Source: Alphaproteobacteria bacterium (GTDB lineage Bacteria; Pseudomonadota; Alphaproteobacteria; CAAHEQ01; UBA3637). From it: a stretch of 49,107 bases of DNA. The position numbers and the translations under genes were made by a program. Numbering within the stretch: the first letter of the stretch is position 1; each line of letters opens with the position of its first letter. The stretch lies in assembly GCA_028696805.1 (NCBI GenBank), contig JAQVGI010000001.1:1-49107 (forward strand). Direction: 5' to 3'. The notes under the pieces are model-generated. The model was not told the DNA's origin. It saw only the letters and a program-made list of their open reading frames with translations, and did no database searches. This document shows positions 1 through 8,630 of this stretch, piece by piece.

Positions 1-58
1 TGATTTTCCCGTCCGTTTCCGATAAAATGGCCTCCGGATATTCATGAAGGAGTCGAAA

Positions 59-1822
59 ATGCATCCATACAGAACTCACACCTGCGGCGCTTTGCGCGCT
101 GCGGACGCCGGCAAGCAAGTCAAGATTTCGGGCTGGATCCACCGGAAACGGGATCACGGCAACCTGCTGTTCGTCGACGTGCGCGACAATTACGGCATAA
201 CGCAGTGCGTGCTATCCGCCGGCTCCGAAGCGTTCGAGACATTGGAGAAATGCCGGCCGGAATCCGTCATCACCGCGACGGGGCGGGTCGTTCTGCGCGC
301 GCCGGAAACCATCAACGCCAAGATGCCGACGGGCGAAATCGAGGTGGCTGTCGAAGGAATCGCCGTGCAATCCGAAGCGGACGTCCTGCCGATTCAAGTC
401 GTCGCGGATTCGGCCGACTTGTCCGAGGAGCAACGCCTGACCTACCGCTTTCTGGACTTGCGCCGCGACAAGCCGCACGCCAACATCCTGACCCGGAACA
501 AGATGATCCGCTTCGTGCGGGATTACATGTGGGCGCATGGCTTTTCGGAATTCCAGACGCCGATTCTGACCTCGTCCAGCCCCGAGGGCGCGCGCGATTT
601 CCTGGTGCCCAGCCGGCTGCACAAAGGCAAGTTTTACGCGCTGCCCCAGGCGCCGCAGCAATTCAAGCAGATGCTGATGGTGTCGGGTTTCGACCGCTAT
701 TTCCAAATCGCGCCGTGCTTCCGGGACGAGGATTCGCGGGCCGACCGCTCACCGGGCGAGTTCTATCAGGTCGACATCGAAATGTCGTTCGTGGATCAGG
801 ACGAGATTTTCGCAACGACCGAGCCGCTGATACACGGGCTGTTCAAAGAATTCGCACCCAACGCCCAAATCACGCCGGCGCCGTTCGCGCGCATTCCGTA
901 TGACGAGGCGTTCCTGACCTACGGCACGGACAAGCCGGACCTGCGCAACCCGCTGACCATCCGGGACGTATCGGATATTTTCGCCGGGTCGTCTTTCGGC
1001 GTGTTCGCGAACAAGGTCGCCGAGGGCGGCTTCGTGCGGGCGATCAAAGTTCCCGGCACCGCGGCGCGGCCGCGCAGCTGGTTCGACAAGATGAACGCTT
1101 TCGCCGTTGAAAACGATATGGGCGGGCTGGGGTATATCGCCCTGGGCGCGGAGGGCGCCAAGGGGCCGATTGCGAAAAACCTGGACGCGGAGCGCACCGC
1201 GCGGCTGTTGGAAAAAATGCAGGCCGGGCAGGGGGATGCGGTTTTCTTCATCTGCGGCAAAGGCTTGAAAGCCGTCAAGTTCGCGGGGTTGGTGCGGACG
1301 ATGCTGGGCAGGGACTTGAACCTGATCGACCCGAACGCGTTCCATTTCTGCTGGGTCACGGACTTTCCGTTTTTCGAGGAGGGGGACGCCGGCCAGGTGG
1401 AGTTCGCGCACAACCCGTTTTCAATGCCCCAGGGCGGCATGGAGGCGCTGACGACCAAAAACCCGTTTGAAATCAAGGCGTATCAATACGATATGGTCTG
1501 CAACGGGTATGAGATCTGCTCGGGCGCCATCCGCAACCACCGGCCGGACATCATGTTCAAGGCGTTTGAAATGACCGGATACGGCCGCGAGGTCGTCGAG
1601 CAGAAGTTCGGCGGCATGCTGAACGCGTTCAGGTTCGGGGCGCCGCCGCACGGCGGGTGCGCTTTCGGCATGGACAGGCTGGTGATGCTGATGACGAACG
1701 AGGAATATATCCGCGAGGTGATTGCGTTCCCGCTGAACCAGCAGGGTCAGGATCTGCTGATGCAGGCGCCGTCCGAAGTGTCCGAGAAGCAGCTCCGCGA
1801 GGTGCATATCAAATTGCGGTAA
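59..1822 (+). CDS. aspS: Aspartate--tRNA ligase (bacterial-type AspRS)
   Basis: 587 aa from ATG 59, with SD AAGGAG at 47-52 and a 6-nt spacer; the in-frame ATG at 44 has no SD. N-terminus [10 protein letters not shown] is typical of alphaproteobacterial AspRS. Class II motifs [17 protein letters not shown] and [12 protein letters not shown] are present. Confidence 0.95.
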   Translation: MHPYRTHTCGALRAADAGKQVKISGWIHRKRDHGNLLFVDVRDNYGITQCVLSAGSEAFETLEKCRPESVITATGRVVLRAPETINAKMPTGEIEVAVEGIAVQSEADVLPIQVVADSADLSEEQRLTYRFLDLRRDKPHANILTRNKMIRFVRDYMWAHGFSEFQTPILTSSSPEGARDFLVPSRLHKGKFYALPQAPQQFKQMLMVSGFDRYFQIAPCFRDEDSRADRSPGEFYQVDIEMSFVDQDEIFATTEPLIHGLFKEFAPNAQITPAPFARIPYDEAFLTYGTDKPDLRNPLTIRDVSDIFAGSSFGVFANKVAEGGFVRAIKVPGTAARPRSWFDKMNAFAVENDMGGLGYIALGAEGAKGPIAKNLDAERTARLLEKMQAGQGDAVFFICGKGLKAVKFAGLVRTMLGRDLNLIDPNAFHFCWVTDFPFFEEGDAGQVEFAHNPFSMPQGGMEALTTKNPFEIKAYQYDMVCNGYEICSGAIRNHRPDIMFKAFEMTGYGREVVEQKFGGMLNAFRFGAPPHGGCAFGMDRLVMLMTNEEYIREVIAFPLNQQGQDLLMQAPSEVSEKQLREVHIKLR

Positions 1823-1928
1823 AGGTGAAGGGGGAGTGCCGATTAATCCATTTCGGCATTCTCAAATTTGAACTCCATATCTAATCTGACCTCTATATAT
1901 TTGTCCCATTGGCGCAGCCGAGCATTTG

Positions 1929-2000
1929 TCATCGGCGTTTTCTGTCCGTCGATGGCGTGTTGATAACTCCCAAAACCAATGCGATGATAATATTTTTCAT
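1929..2000 (-). pseudogene. Truncated duplicate of the 5' end of the downstream MORN/YwqK-like gene (23-codon stub)
   Basis: Reverse strand reads MKNIIIALVLGVINTPSTDRKRR*, matching the signal peptide MKNIIIALVFGVVLGVV of ORF 2078..2635. The 5' leader is also duplicated: 2001-2030 gtaaagccctttcaggtgtata versus 2636-2665 atgaatcccttttaggtgtata. Confidence 0.55.
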
Positions 2001-2077
2001 GTAAAGCCCTTTCAGGTGTATAGCCGTTGATGACTATATCGTCCTTAATTTCGATTTATTCTTTTATCCTGCCTTTT

Positions 2078-2635
2078 TCATAGTAATCTTCGATCAATCT
2101 GTCCGTTTTCATGATATGTATAAATCCCTTCCAGTTTGCCGTTTTTATAAGATGCCTCTCTTTGTAATTTTCCATTTTCATCATACATCTTCCATCCCTC
2201 TGGTTGAGCATCTTTATAAAATCGCTCCCATGCCAATGATCCGTTGGGACGATATCCTTTCCATAACCCATCCGGCAGGCCCATCTGGTAATTTTCCTCT
2301 TTCATCAGTTCCCCGCTCTCGTAATACCACTTAAATAATCCATTCAGGTATCCATCTTTGAAATCTCCTTTTACCATTAACTTTCCATTGTCATGGTATC
2401 TTTGGAATACGCCGTCTAATAACCCGTTTTTATACTCCCCTTCCGTTTTCAGTACCCCATTATCATCATGTGTCTTCAATATGCCATTCAGGGGAACCCC
2501 TTCTGCATCTACCAGTAATTCATTTTTTTTCATTATCTTATCGACATTATCGTTATAAATTTTTTCTGCATAAGCCATGCCCGGCACTACGCCAAGGACA
2601 ACCCCGAAAACCAACGCGATGATGATATTTTTCAT
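2078..2635 (-). CDS. Secreted MORN-repeat-variant (YwqK-like) repeat protein
   Basis: 185 aa with N-terminal signal peptide (..VPGMAYA/EK). Repeated G-x-Y-K-N-G-x-L-D/E-G and YxxNGxL units match the MORN_2/YwqK pattern. The gene is clearly AT-richer than its flanks. Confidence 0.7.
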   Translation of the reverse strand: MKNIIIALVFGVVLGVVPGMAYAEKIYNDNVDKIMKKNELLVDAEGVPLNGILKTHDDNGVLKTEGEYKNGLLDGVFQRYHDNGKLMVKGDFKDGYLNGLFKWYYESGELMKEENYQMGLPDGLWKGYRPNGSLAWERFYKDAQPEGWKMYDENGKLQREASYKNGKLEGIYTYHENGQIDRRLL

Positions 2636-2762
2636 ATGAATCCCTTTTAGGTGTATAAGGCTGTTCGCCTCTTTTGAAAAACTCTACAATGCTTTTGGGT
2701 AAAAAACAATATGATTTCGTATTTTTATTCGAGGGAAGGGCGTGCGGAATCTCTCACGCCGC

Positions 2763-2788
2763 AAAAAAACACCCCGCAGGCGGGGTGT
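2763..2788 (-). terminator. Rho-independent terminator downstream of tRNA-Val
   Basis: Hairpin acaccccgc/gcggggtgt, followed on the minus strand by a 7-T run (A-run 2763-2769 on plus). Confidence 0.75.
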
Positions 2789-2795
2789 TTCCGAA

Positions 2796-2872
2796 TGGTG
2801 GGTGTGGCAAGATTTGAACTTGCGACCCCTACGATGTGAACGTAGTGCTCTGACCAGCTGAGCTACACACCC
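2796..2872 (-). tRNA. tRNA-Val (anticodon CAC)
   Basis: Reverse complement GGGTGTGTAGCTCAGCTGGTCAGAGCACTACGTTCACATCGTAGGGGTCGCAAGTTCAAATCTTGCCACACCCACCA. Acceptor GGGTGTG/CACACCC, anticodon loop TTCACAT, T-arm GCAAG-TTCAAAT-CTTGC, encoded CCA. Confidence 0.93.
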
Positions 2873-2917
2873 GACGGGCGGAATATATCAAGATTTCGGC
2901 CGTTTGTCAATAAAAAA

Positions 2918-2946
2918 TTGCAAAAAAACAAAAAATGTGGTATGAT
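2918..2946 (+). promoter_or_regulatory. Sigma70-like promoter for the 2982..3820 gene pair
   Basis: TTGCAA (2918-2923), 17-nt spacer, TATGAT (2941-2946) preceded by TGg (extended -10). Confidence 0.4.
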
Positions 2947-2981
2947 TGTCCCATCATTCAACCGCCGGAAAAGGAGTGCCG

Positions 2982-3419
2982 ATGACCGATATTGAAAAAA
3001 GGGCGAAATGGGCTGGTTTTGTGTGGGCTGTCGAATCGGCCCGGGACCCGGATGAGGTTGCCGGCGTTGTCGCCGAGATGACGCGGGATGCGCGCTGGAA
3101 CACCATAGATCCGGAATCTTATCACAGGACGCTGGCCAAAATCCGCCGGGAGTCGCCTCTGCCGGATCCTTTGTTTCAGGAAGCCGTCAAATCAGCCGAG
3201 AGCTTGGCGAAACTGGTTCAAACCCACTTCAAGGATTTCGGCGTGATTTCCGAAGACATCATGACCTTTTTGATGACCTGCGCCATGATCAAGGTTCCGG
3301 AGGATCAGATGAGCACATGCAGCATGGCCTTTCTGTCGCTCTACAAGGGGCTGTCGCATGCCCGGCAAAAGATATTTTCACGCCCCAGGGATTGGGCCTC
3401 CGGTTTCCAGACTCGCTGA
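2982..3419 (+). CDS. Hypothetical protein (145 aa), family not recognised
   Basis: ATG 2982 preceded by SD AAGGAG (2971-2976). GC-rich third codon positions in this frame. No motif I can assign. Confidence 0.6.
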   Translation: MTDIEKRAKWAGFVWAVESARDPDEVAGVVAEMTRDARWNTIDPESYHRTLAKIRRESPLPDPLFQEAVKSAESLAKLVQTHFKDFGVISEDIMTFLMTCAMIKVPEDQMSTCSMAFLSLYKGLSHARQKIFSRPRDWASGFQTR

Positions 3420-3421
3420 TT

Positions 3422-3820
3422 ATGGAAACGGAACACATGCGGCCGATTGAAAATGAAGCCCTGAATCCGGGTATCGCGGCGGATGTGAATATGCTGCTGC
3501 GGGATGTTCCGGACCACAACGGCGTCGTTCGCCCGTATGTCGAGAATATTATGAAAAACGTCCAGGTATTGCAGAGGGAATCGTCCGGCGCGCCGCTGCA
3601 TTACAAGCAGCTCGTGGACTTGACGACGCAATACGCGCTGCGCGACCCGCGTTTCAGCGTGACGGATTACGAAAACGCCGCTTTTATTTTCCAGACGATC
3701 GGCGACAAGTTTGTCGACCGCAGTCCGGTGGTGGAAGAGTTCATCCGGCAGCATACGGCGGCCCGTCATGCCGGCGGAATAGTGCCCGGCGCCGATTACG
3801 GCCGCAGCCGAGCAGATTAA
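3422..3820 (+). CDS. Hypothetical protein (132 aa), family not recognised
   Basis: ATG 3422 lies 2 nt after the stop of the upstream ORF (tgattatg). The frame stays open to 3820. Start is uncertain (alternative ATG 3437). No recognisable motif. Confidence 0.55.
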   Translation: METEHMRPIENEALNPGIAADVNMLLRDVPDHNGVVRPYVENIMKNVQVLQRESSGAPLHYKQLVDLTTQYALRDPRFSVTDYENAAFIFQTIGDKFVDRSPVVEEFIRQHTAARHAGGIVPGADYGRSRAD

Positions 3821-3831
3821 ACTGCCCGTGT

Positions 3832-4530
3832 CTATCTGCCGTTGTCTCGCTTCACTGCCGCAGGGGCATGTTTTGTTGCAACAGAAGTGTGCAAGAGTAT
3901 CTGCTGCGCCGCGTTCTCGGCTATTGCGGGATGAATGGCCAGGTTTTTGTTTTTGAATTCGGAACGCTCTGTTGCCTTGACAGCGCCCGCTTTCAACCAA
4001 TCATCCGGCAATCGATACGCCGCCGTTTCCGCTTCATCCGAAAACTCGCGCTCTATGCTTGCAAAAGAAAACCGGGGAGCGTGATACCGGTCTATTTCCA
4101 AATATCCGCCATTGTCCGGAACCATATAGCGCGTTTTTTCCACTTTTCCCGAACATATTTCGGGCGATTGCAAATGTTGAGCAACCTCCGCGCTAATAGG
4201 GAACTCGGCCTCATATCGCCCCAGCGTCCCCTTTCCCTTGATCGTCATGACATATGTATCGCCTTTGGCATGAGATGTCTTGCGGTATCTCGCCTCTCCC
4301 TGTGTCAACCCCTGTCCGTCGATAAAGTCTTTCAATGCGCGGGATACGGAGCTATCCAAGGCAATATCGATCCCGGCGCATACCAGATTCCCTCCGTCAA
4401 CATGTAAGGCGTTCCGTATGTTGTCTTTCAAATATCCTTGCTCCAATTTCTTTGTTTTTTCAGCTTGGCTTTCTAACTTTTTCCAATCCACGGCATCGGA
4501 TTTTAGAATCCATTTGTCTTCAATTTCCAT
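3832..4530 (-). CDS. CYTH (triphosphate tunnel metalloenzyme) domain protein
   Basis: 232 aa. The N-terminal MEIEDKWIL matches the EIERKFLV signature. Ordered CYTH strands follow: QGYL, ARYRK, YVMTIKGKG, RYEAEFPIS, VEKTRYMV, LEIDRY...FASIEREF. Lower GC than the core genes. Confidence 0.7.
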   Translation of the reverse strand: MEIEDKWILKSDAVDWKKLESQAEKTKKLEQGYLKDNIRNALHVDGGNLVCAGIDIALDSSVSRALKDFIDGQGLTQGEARYRKTSHAKGDTYVMTIKGKGTLGRYEAEFPISAEVAQHLQSPEICSGKVEKTRYMVPDNGGYLEIDRYHAPRFSFASIEREFSDEAETAAYRLPDDWLKAGAVKATERSEFKNKNLAIHPAIAENAAQQILLHTSVATKHAPAAVKRDNGR

Positions 4531-4637
4531 AAAAATCCCTCCTTAATTTCATGAACAAATATAGAATAACGCTTTAATGCTAATCCGTCCACTTATGAAA
4601 GTCAAGCGCAAATTAAGCCTGTCAAAAAGTCCGCAAT

Positions 4638-4663
4638 AAAAAAACACCGCCCGACGGCGGTGT
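4638..4663 (-). terminator. Rho-independent terminator downstream of tRNA-Asn
   Basis: Hairpin acaccgcc-cgac-ggcggtgt, followed on the minus strand by a T-run (A-run 4638-4643 on plus). Confidence 0.75.
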
Positions 4664-4669
4664 TTTCAT

Positions 4670-4744
4670 TGGCTCCAGCGGTAGGGCTCGAACCTACGAC
4701 CAATCGGTTAACAGCCGATTGCTCTACCACTGAGCTACGCTGGA
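4670..4744 (-). tRNA. tRNA-Asn (anticodon GTT)
   Basis: Reverse complement TCCAGCGTAGCTCAGTGGTAGAGCAATCGGCTGTTAACCGATTGGTCGTAGGTTCGAGCCCTACCGCTGGAGCCA. Anticodon loop CTGTTAA. Good cloverleaf with encoded CCA. Confidence 0.93.
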
Positions 4745-4811
4745 ACAATGGCGCGATTTTACCCGAAACCGAAACGAAAGTCAATTCCTTTTTACACTCT
4801 CGCCGCGATTT

Positions 4812-4886
4812 TGGAGGCCGGTACCGGAATTGAACCGATATAAAAGGATTTGCAGTCCTCTGCATGAGCCATTCTGCCAACCGGCC
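4812..4886 (-). tRNA. tRNA-Cys (anticodon GCA)
   Basis: Reverse complement GGCCGGTTGGCAGAATGGCTCATGCAGAGGACTGCAAATCCTTTTATATCGGTTCAATTCCGGTACCGGCCTCCA. Acceptor GGCCGGT/ACCGGCC, anticodon loop CTGCAAA. Confidence 0.9.
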
Positions 4887-4950
4887 GGCGGGCAACAGCA
4901 TTGCTTATACCTTTTTTTCGGCTAAACGTCAAGAAAAAAAATGAAACCCC

Positions 4951-4979
4951 TTGCAAAAAAAATCGGAGTCGGCTATCCT
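4951..4979 (+). promoter_or_regulatory. Sigma70-like promoter upstream of tolC
   Basis: TTGCAA (4951-4956), 17-nt spacer, TATCCT (4974-4979), 25 nt upstream of ATG 5005. Confidence 0.35.
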
Positions 4980-5004
4980 ATCGGCCGAACAGAGGGAAAA
5001 GCCG

Positions 5005-6351
5005 ATGAAACGAATAAGCTGGCGCGTGTTTTTGATCTTGTCCGTGGCCGCTTTGCCCGCGCGGGCGGAAACGCTGAACGAAGTGCTGTCCCACACCTAT
5101 GAGAACAGCCTTGCGATCAACGCGGAGCGCGCCAACCTCAAGGCGATCGGCGAGGGGGTCGAAAAGGCCCGCGCCGGGTATCACCCCAACGTGTATGTGC
5201 AGGGCAGCATCGGCCGCGCCCACAATAAAATGACGTTCGACAACGCGGCGATCGGCTCGTTCACCCAGACATACGACCAGACGCCGCGGACGGCGTCCGT
5301 CAACCTGGTTCAGCCGGTTTTTTCGGGCGGGACGACCTACAATGCCGTCGGCGCCGCGCAAAAGCAGGTGCAATCCGGCCGGTCCGGACTGAAAAATACC
5401 GAGCAGGCCGTCCTGCTGGACGCGGCGGCCGTCTATATGGATGTCATCCGGGACAAGGCGGTTCTGGACTTGCAGGTGAACAACGAAAAAGTTTTGAAAA
5501 AGCATCTGGAATCCTATAAAAAGCGCTTTCAGGCCGGCGATCTGACCCGCACGGATGTCGCCCAGTCCGAAGCGCGCGTTTCCGGCGCAACGGCGGCGCG
5601 CATCGCCGCGGCGGGGCGTCTGGAAATTGCCAAGGCGACCTTTTACAGCGTCGTCGGATTGGAGCCGGTCCGCCTGAAAGACGTGACGGAAATATCGCTG
5701 AATATCCCGAAAACGCTGGACGCGTGCGTGGCGGAGGCCTTGCAGGGCAATCCCAAGGTCAGGGCGGCGGAATACATGCGCGACGCGATGGCCTCGGTGG
5801 CGCGTGCGAAAAAGGGCATCATCTCCCCGCGCGTCGACGTTCAGGCGTCCGCCGGCATGCAGGATAGGAACACGCAGATCAAGGAGCTGAACTACTGGCA
5901 GGTGACGGCAAACCTGAATGTTCCGCTGTATCAGGCGGGAACGGAATACGCCGAGGTGCGCGAGGCCAAGAGCCTGGAAAACAAGCACCGGATCCTGGCC
6001 GAGAAAACGAAGCAGGACGTGCGGGCGGAAACAATCGCCGCATGGGAGGAATACCAGGCCGTGCGCGCCCAGATCAAATCGCTGAAAGCGCAAATCAAGG
6101 CGTCCAAAACCGCTTTGGACGGCGTTATCCGCGAGGCCGATGTCGGCGCGCGGACGGTTCTGGATGTCCTGGACGCCGAGCAGGAATACCTGAACAGCCA
6201 GGTGGCTTTCGTCAAGGCGCACCGGGACGAAATCGTATCGGCGTATGCATTAATGTCCGCACTGGGGCGCCTTATGCCCGACCAAATCGGGCTGGATGCG
6301 GCGAACTACAATCCCGAAGACTACGACGGGTTTTTATGGAGCACCGAATAA
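5005..6351 (+). CDS. tolC: TolC-family outer membrane efflux protein
   Basis: 448 aa from ATG 5005 (SD AGAGGGA). Signal peptide MKRISWRVFLILSVAALPARA/ET. Two repeated OEP halves with the typical LxxA..NP.l and Y.PsvsL-like motifs. Confidence 0.88.
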   Translation: MKRISWRVFLILSVAALPARAETLNEVLSHTYENSLAINAERANLKAIGEGVEKARAGYHPNVYVQGSIGRAHNKMTFDNAAIGSFTQTYDQTPRTASVNLVQPVFSGGTTYNAVGAAQKQVQSGRSGLKNTEQAVLLDAAAVYMDVIRDKAVLDLQVNNEKVLKKHLESYKKRFQAGDLTRTDVAQSEARVSGATAARIAAAGRLEIAKATFYSVVGLEPVRLKDVTEISLNIPKTLDACVAEALQGNPKVRAAEYMRDAMASVARAKKGIISPRVDVQASAGMQDRNTQIKELNYWQVTANLNVPLYQAGTEYAEVREAKSLENKHRILAEKTKQDVRAETIAAWEEYQAVRAQIKSLKAQIKASKTALDGVIREADVGARTVLDVLDAEQEYLNSQVAFVKAHRDEIVSAYALMSALGRLMPDQIGLDAANYNPEDYDGFLWSTE

Positions 6352-6632
6352 TGGAACAGGAACGCGAACTGACCACCGAAGAGATTCTGGAAGAAATCCG
6401 CCGCATGCTGACGGCCGCGGAGGGAGGCGAGGCGCGCCCCGTCCGGCCACAGGGCGGGCGCCGTCCGGATGTGTTCGTGCTGACCCCCGAGATGCGCATC
6501 GACAACAAGATTGCGGAGGAAGAGCTGCCGATCGAAATTCAAAAGCGCGCGCAGCAGGTCGTCGAGAAAATGTATCAGAAGCAGCTGGACGACACCGCGC
6601 AAGGACAGGACATCTTTCCGCCGAAACGCTGA
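6351..6632 (+). CDS. Short PopZ/DUF2497-like protein
   Basis: 93 aa; start overlaps the tolC stop (TAATG). N-terminal TTEEILEEIRRML resembles the MEEILASIRRII motif of alphaproteobacterial PopZ/DUF2497 proteins. A position directly after tolC is a common alphaproteobacterial arrangement (from memory). Confidence 0.5.
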   Translation: MEQERELTTEEILEEIRRMLTAAEGGEARPVRPQGGRRPDVFVLTPEMRIDNKIAEEELPIEIQKRAQQVVEKMYQKQLDDTAQGQDIFPPKR

Positions 6633-6633
6633 C

Positions 6634-7359
6634 TCATCCGCGGCACACGCGCGCGAGGGTCAGAATCATGACCCGGCGGGCGCCGGCGCGTTTCAACACT
6701 CTGGCGCATTCGTCGGCGGTGGCCCCGCTGGTCATCACATCGTCGATGAGTAGGATGTTTTTGCCGCGGATTTGGTCCGGGCATTTCACGGCGAACGCGC
6801 GTGCGACATTTTTCCGACGCTGATTCGGGGGCAGGTGCCCCTGGATCGGCGTGTGCCTGATCCGGACGAGGGTGTGCGGCAGGTAGCGTTTCCGGTGCCC
6901 GCGCGCCAGCTTTTGCGCCAGCAGCGCGGCCTGGTTGTATTTCCGTTTCATCAGGCGCAGCCGGTGCAGCGGCACGGGCATCACCGCATCCGCCCGCCGG
7001 ATCAAATCGCCGCCGGTTTGTTCCAGAAGCCGGACAAGCAGGGGAACCAGCTCCATCCTGTCCCCGTGCTTGAACGGCAGGATCAGCTTTTTGGACGCCT
7101 CGTCGTAGACCAGACAGGCCCGCGCAACATCATACCTCGGCTTTTTGCGCAGGCAGGCGCCGCACAGGCTGCCCTCCCAGATGTCGAATTCGAACGGAAG
7201 GCCGCACACGGCGCATTGCGGCCGGGTGATGAAGTCCAGCTCCTTGAAGCACTCGGGGCAAATCTGGTTCGGCGCCCGGAGGAATGCGCGGCACATCGGG
7301 CACGCCGGCGGGCAGATGAAATCCAGAATATGCGTCCAAATCATTCGAAAATACGACAT
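6634..7359 (-). CDS. comF: ComF-family phosphoribosyltransferase-like protein
   Basis: 241 aa. N-terminal Cys-rich zinc-finger region (CPPACPMC...CPEC...CAVC). C-terminal PRT motif ILLIDDVMTSGATADECARVLKRAGA. Confidence 0.88.
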   Translation of the reverse strand: MSYFRMIWTHILDFICPPACPMCRAFLRAPNQICPECFKELDFITRPQCAVCGLPFEFDIWEGSLCGACLRKKPRYDVARACLVYDEASKKLILPFKHGDRMELVPLLVRLLEQTGGDLIRRADAVMPVPLHRLRLMKRKYNQAALLAQKLARGHRKRYLPHTLVRIRHTPIQGHLPPNQRRKNVARAFAVKCPDQIRGKNILLIDDVMTSGATADECARVLKRAGARRVMILTLARVCRG

Positions 7360-7418
7360 GCCTCTTGCAATCCTTTTCCGGTTATTCTATACTTTTCGGC
7401 AAGCGAGGGCAAGACAAA

Positions 7419-8171
7419 ATGCAACAAAAATTAACGCGCGCGGATAAATCGCACCTGTCATACATCCACATTCCGGGAAAGAAAAAACTTTGCATTTTGT
7501 ATCTGCACGGATTTTTGTCGTCCCAGCAGGGCAAGCGGGCCGAGGCCATCCGCTCGTGCGCAAAGGAGCTGGGCGCCCATTATTTATCCCTGGACTACAC
7601 CGGCTGCGGCGCGTCGTCCGGCACCCCCGCGGATTTCAGGGTCGGCCGATGCCTGGCAGACGCGGCAGATGTCGTCAAGCATGCGGCGCCGGGGCTGCCT
7701 TTATTAATCGTCGGGCATTCGCTGGGCGGCTACATCGCCTTCCTGCTGTCCGAGCGCCTGCCGGAACGGGTGCGGGGCGTTTTGAGCCTCGCGCCGGGCA
7801 TCGACGGCATGGATTACATCTGGCGGCGGTGGATACCCTGGTATGGCAAGGTTCTGCTGCGCTGCGGCAAAGTGCTGGGGCCGAACCAGCGGACGCGCGG
7901 ATACTGCTTTTCCTACCCGATGTTCAAAGAGGCCGCTCCTTACCGCCTGCTGGGCCGGCGCGTGCGCTACGACGGCGATGTGGTCGTGATGTGCGGGGAC
8001 AAGGACAGGCTGGTTTCGTGGCGGCATGCGTTCGGGATTAAGGATTCCTTAACCTCCGAGCGCGTCAAATGCTGCCTGATCAAAGGAGGCGAGCACCGGC
8101 TGGGGACGCCCGAACACTTGCAGGCGATGCAGCAGGCCATCGCCGCGATGTATCGCAGGATCATGCCATGA
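7419..8171 (+). CDS. Alpha/beta hydrolase (esterase-like)
   Basis: LYLHGF oxyanion region, nucleophile elbow VGHSLGG, and a C-terminal GGEH that fits the catalytic His. Start chosen at ATG 7419; the ORF is open from a TTG at 7365. Confidence 0.8.
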   Translation: MQQKLTRADKSHLSYIHIPGKKKLCILYLHGFLSSQQGKRAEAIRSCAKELGAHYLSLDYTGCGASSGTPADFRVGRCLADAADVVKHAAPGLPLLIVGHSLGGYIAFLLSERLPERVRGVLSLAPGIDGMDYIWRRWIPWYGKVLLRCGKVLGPNQRTRGYCFSYPMFKEAAPYRLLGRRVRYDGDVVVMCGDKDRLVSWRHAFGIKDSLTSERVKCCLIKGGEHRLGTPEHLQAMQQAIAAMYRRIMP

Positions 8172-8629
8172 CGCGGGAAAAAATACGCAGGGCGGGACGG
8201 CTGTTGTTCCTGCTGCTGCTCGTCCACGGCATCGGATACATCGGCGGCGGATACATGACGCCCGAGGTCATGGCGTGGTACCACGGGCTGACGAAATCGG
8301 CGCTGACGCCGCCAGACGCGGTTTTCGGTGCCGTATGGAGTGTCCTCTACACACTGATGGCGGTTGCCGCGTGGATCGTGTGGGGGCGTGTGTCGCCGCG
8401 GTGGTTCGTCTTGCAGCTGGCCGCGAACGGGCTGTGGCCGTTCGTGTTTTTCCATCTGCGCATGCCCGCGGCCGCATTGGCCGTCCTCATCATCATGATC
8501 GGATTGCTGGGTAGGACAATGCGCGGATTTTCTGCGCGCTCGCACCTGGCGGCCGGATTGCTGGCCCCGACGCTGGCCTGGGGGCTGTTCGCCGCCTACC
8601 TGAACGCCTGGATTGTCGTAATGAATTGA
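8168..8629 (+). CDS. tspO: TspO/MBR family tryptophan-rich sensory protein
   Basis: 153 aa; ATGA overlap with the upstream hydrolase. Five hydrophobic helices with W/Y-rich motifs (PPDAVFGAVWSVLYTLMAVAAW, LQLAANGLWPFVFF, AWGLFAAYLNAWI). Confidence 0.85.
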   Translation: MTREKIRRAGRLLFLLLLVHGIGYIGGGYMTPEVMAWYHGLTKSALTPPDAVFGAVWSVLYTLMAVAAWIVWGRVSPRWFVLQLAANGLWPFVFFHLRMPAAALAVLIIMIGLLGRTMRGFSARSHLAAGLLAPTLAWGLFAAYLNAWIVVMN

Positions 8630-8630
8630 A

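Noticed and set aside
1849-1864. A 12-nt repeat atttcggcattc shared between 1850-1861 and the 16826-16840 region (both AT-rich patches).
   Set aside because: Dozens of 12-mer coincidences are expected by chance in a 49-kb window. No extended similarity surrounds either copy.
1864-1874. A 9-nt match (atttgaact) between the left edge of the AT-rich MORN patch and the T-arm region of tRNA-Val (2812-2820), as a possible att repeat.
   Set aside because: Allowing any 9-mer of the tRNA to match anywhere in about 1 kb gives a chance expectation of a few tenths. That is not significant, unlike the 13-, 19- and 30-nt matches at tRNA-Gln and tRNA-Ser.
3317-3419. Overlap of about 100 nt of open frames between ORF 2946..3419 and ORF 3317..3820, as a possible frameshifted single gene or programmed frameshift.
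   Set aside because: The upstream frame keeps coding-like GC-rich third positions almost to its stop. An ATG (3422) follows the stop by 2 nt. I saw no slippery heptamer or homopolymer run in the overlap. Two adjacent genes is the simpler reading, although the alternative cannot be fully excluded without homologs.
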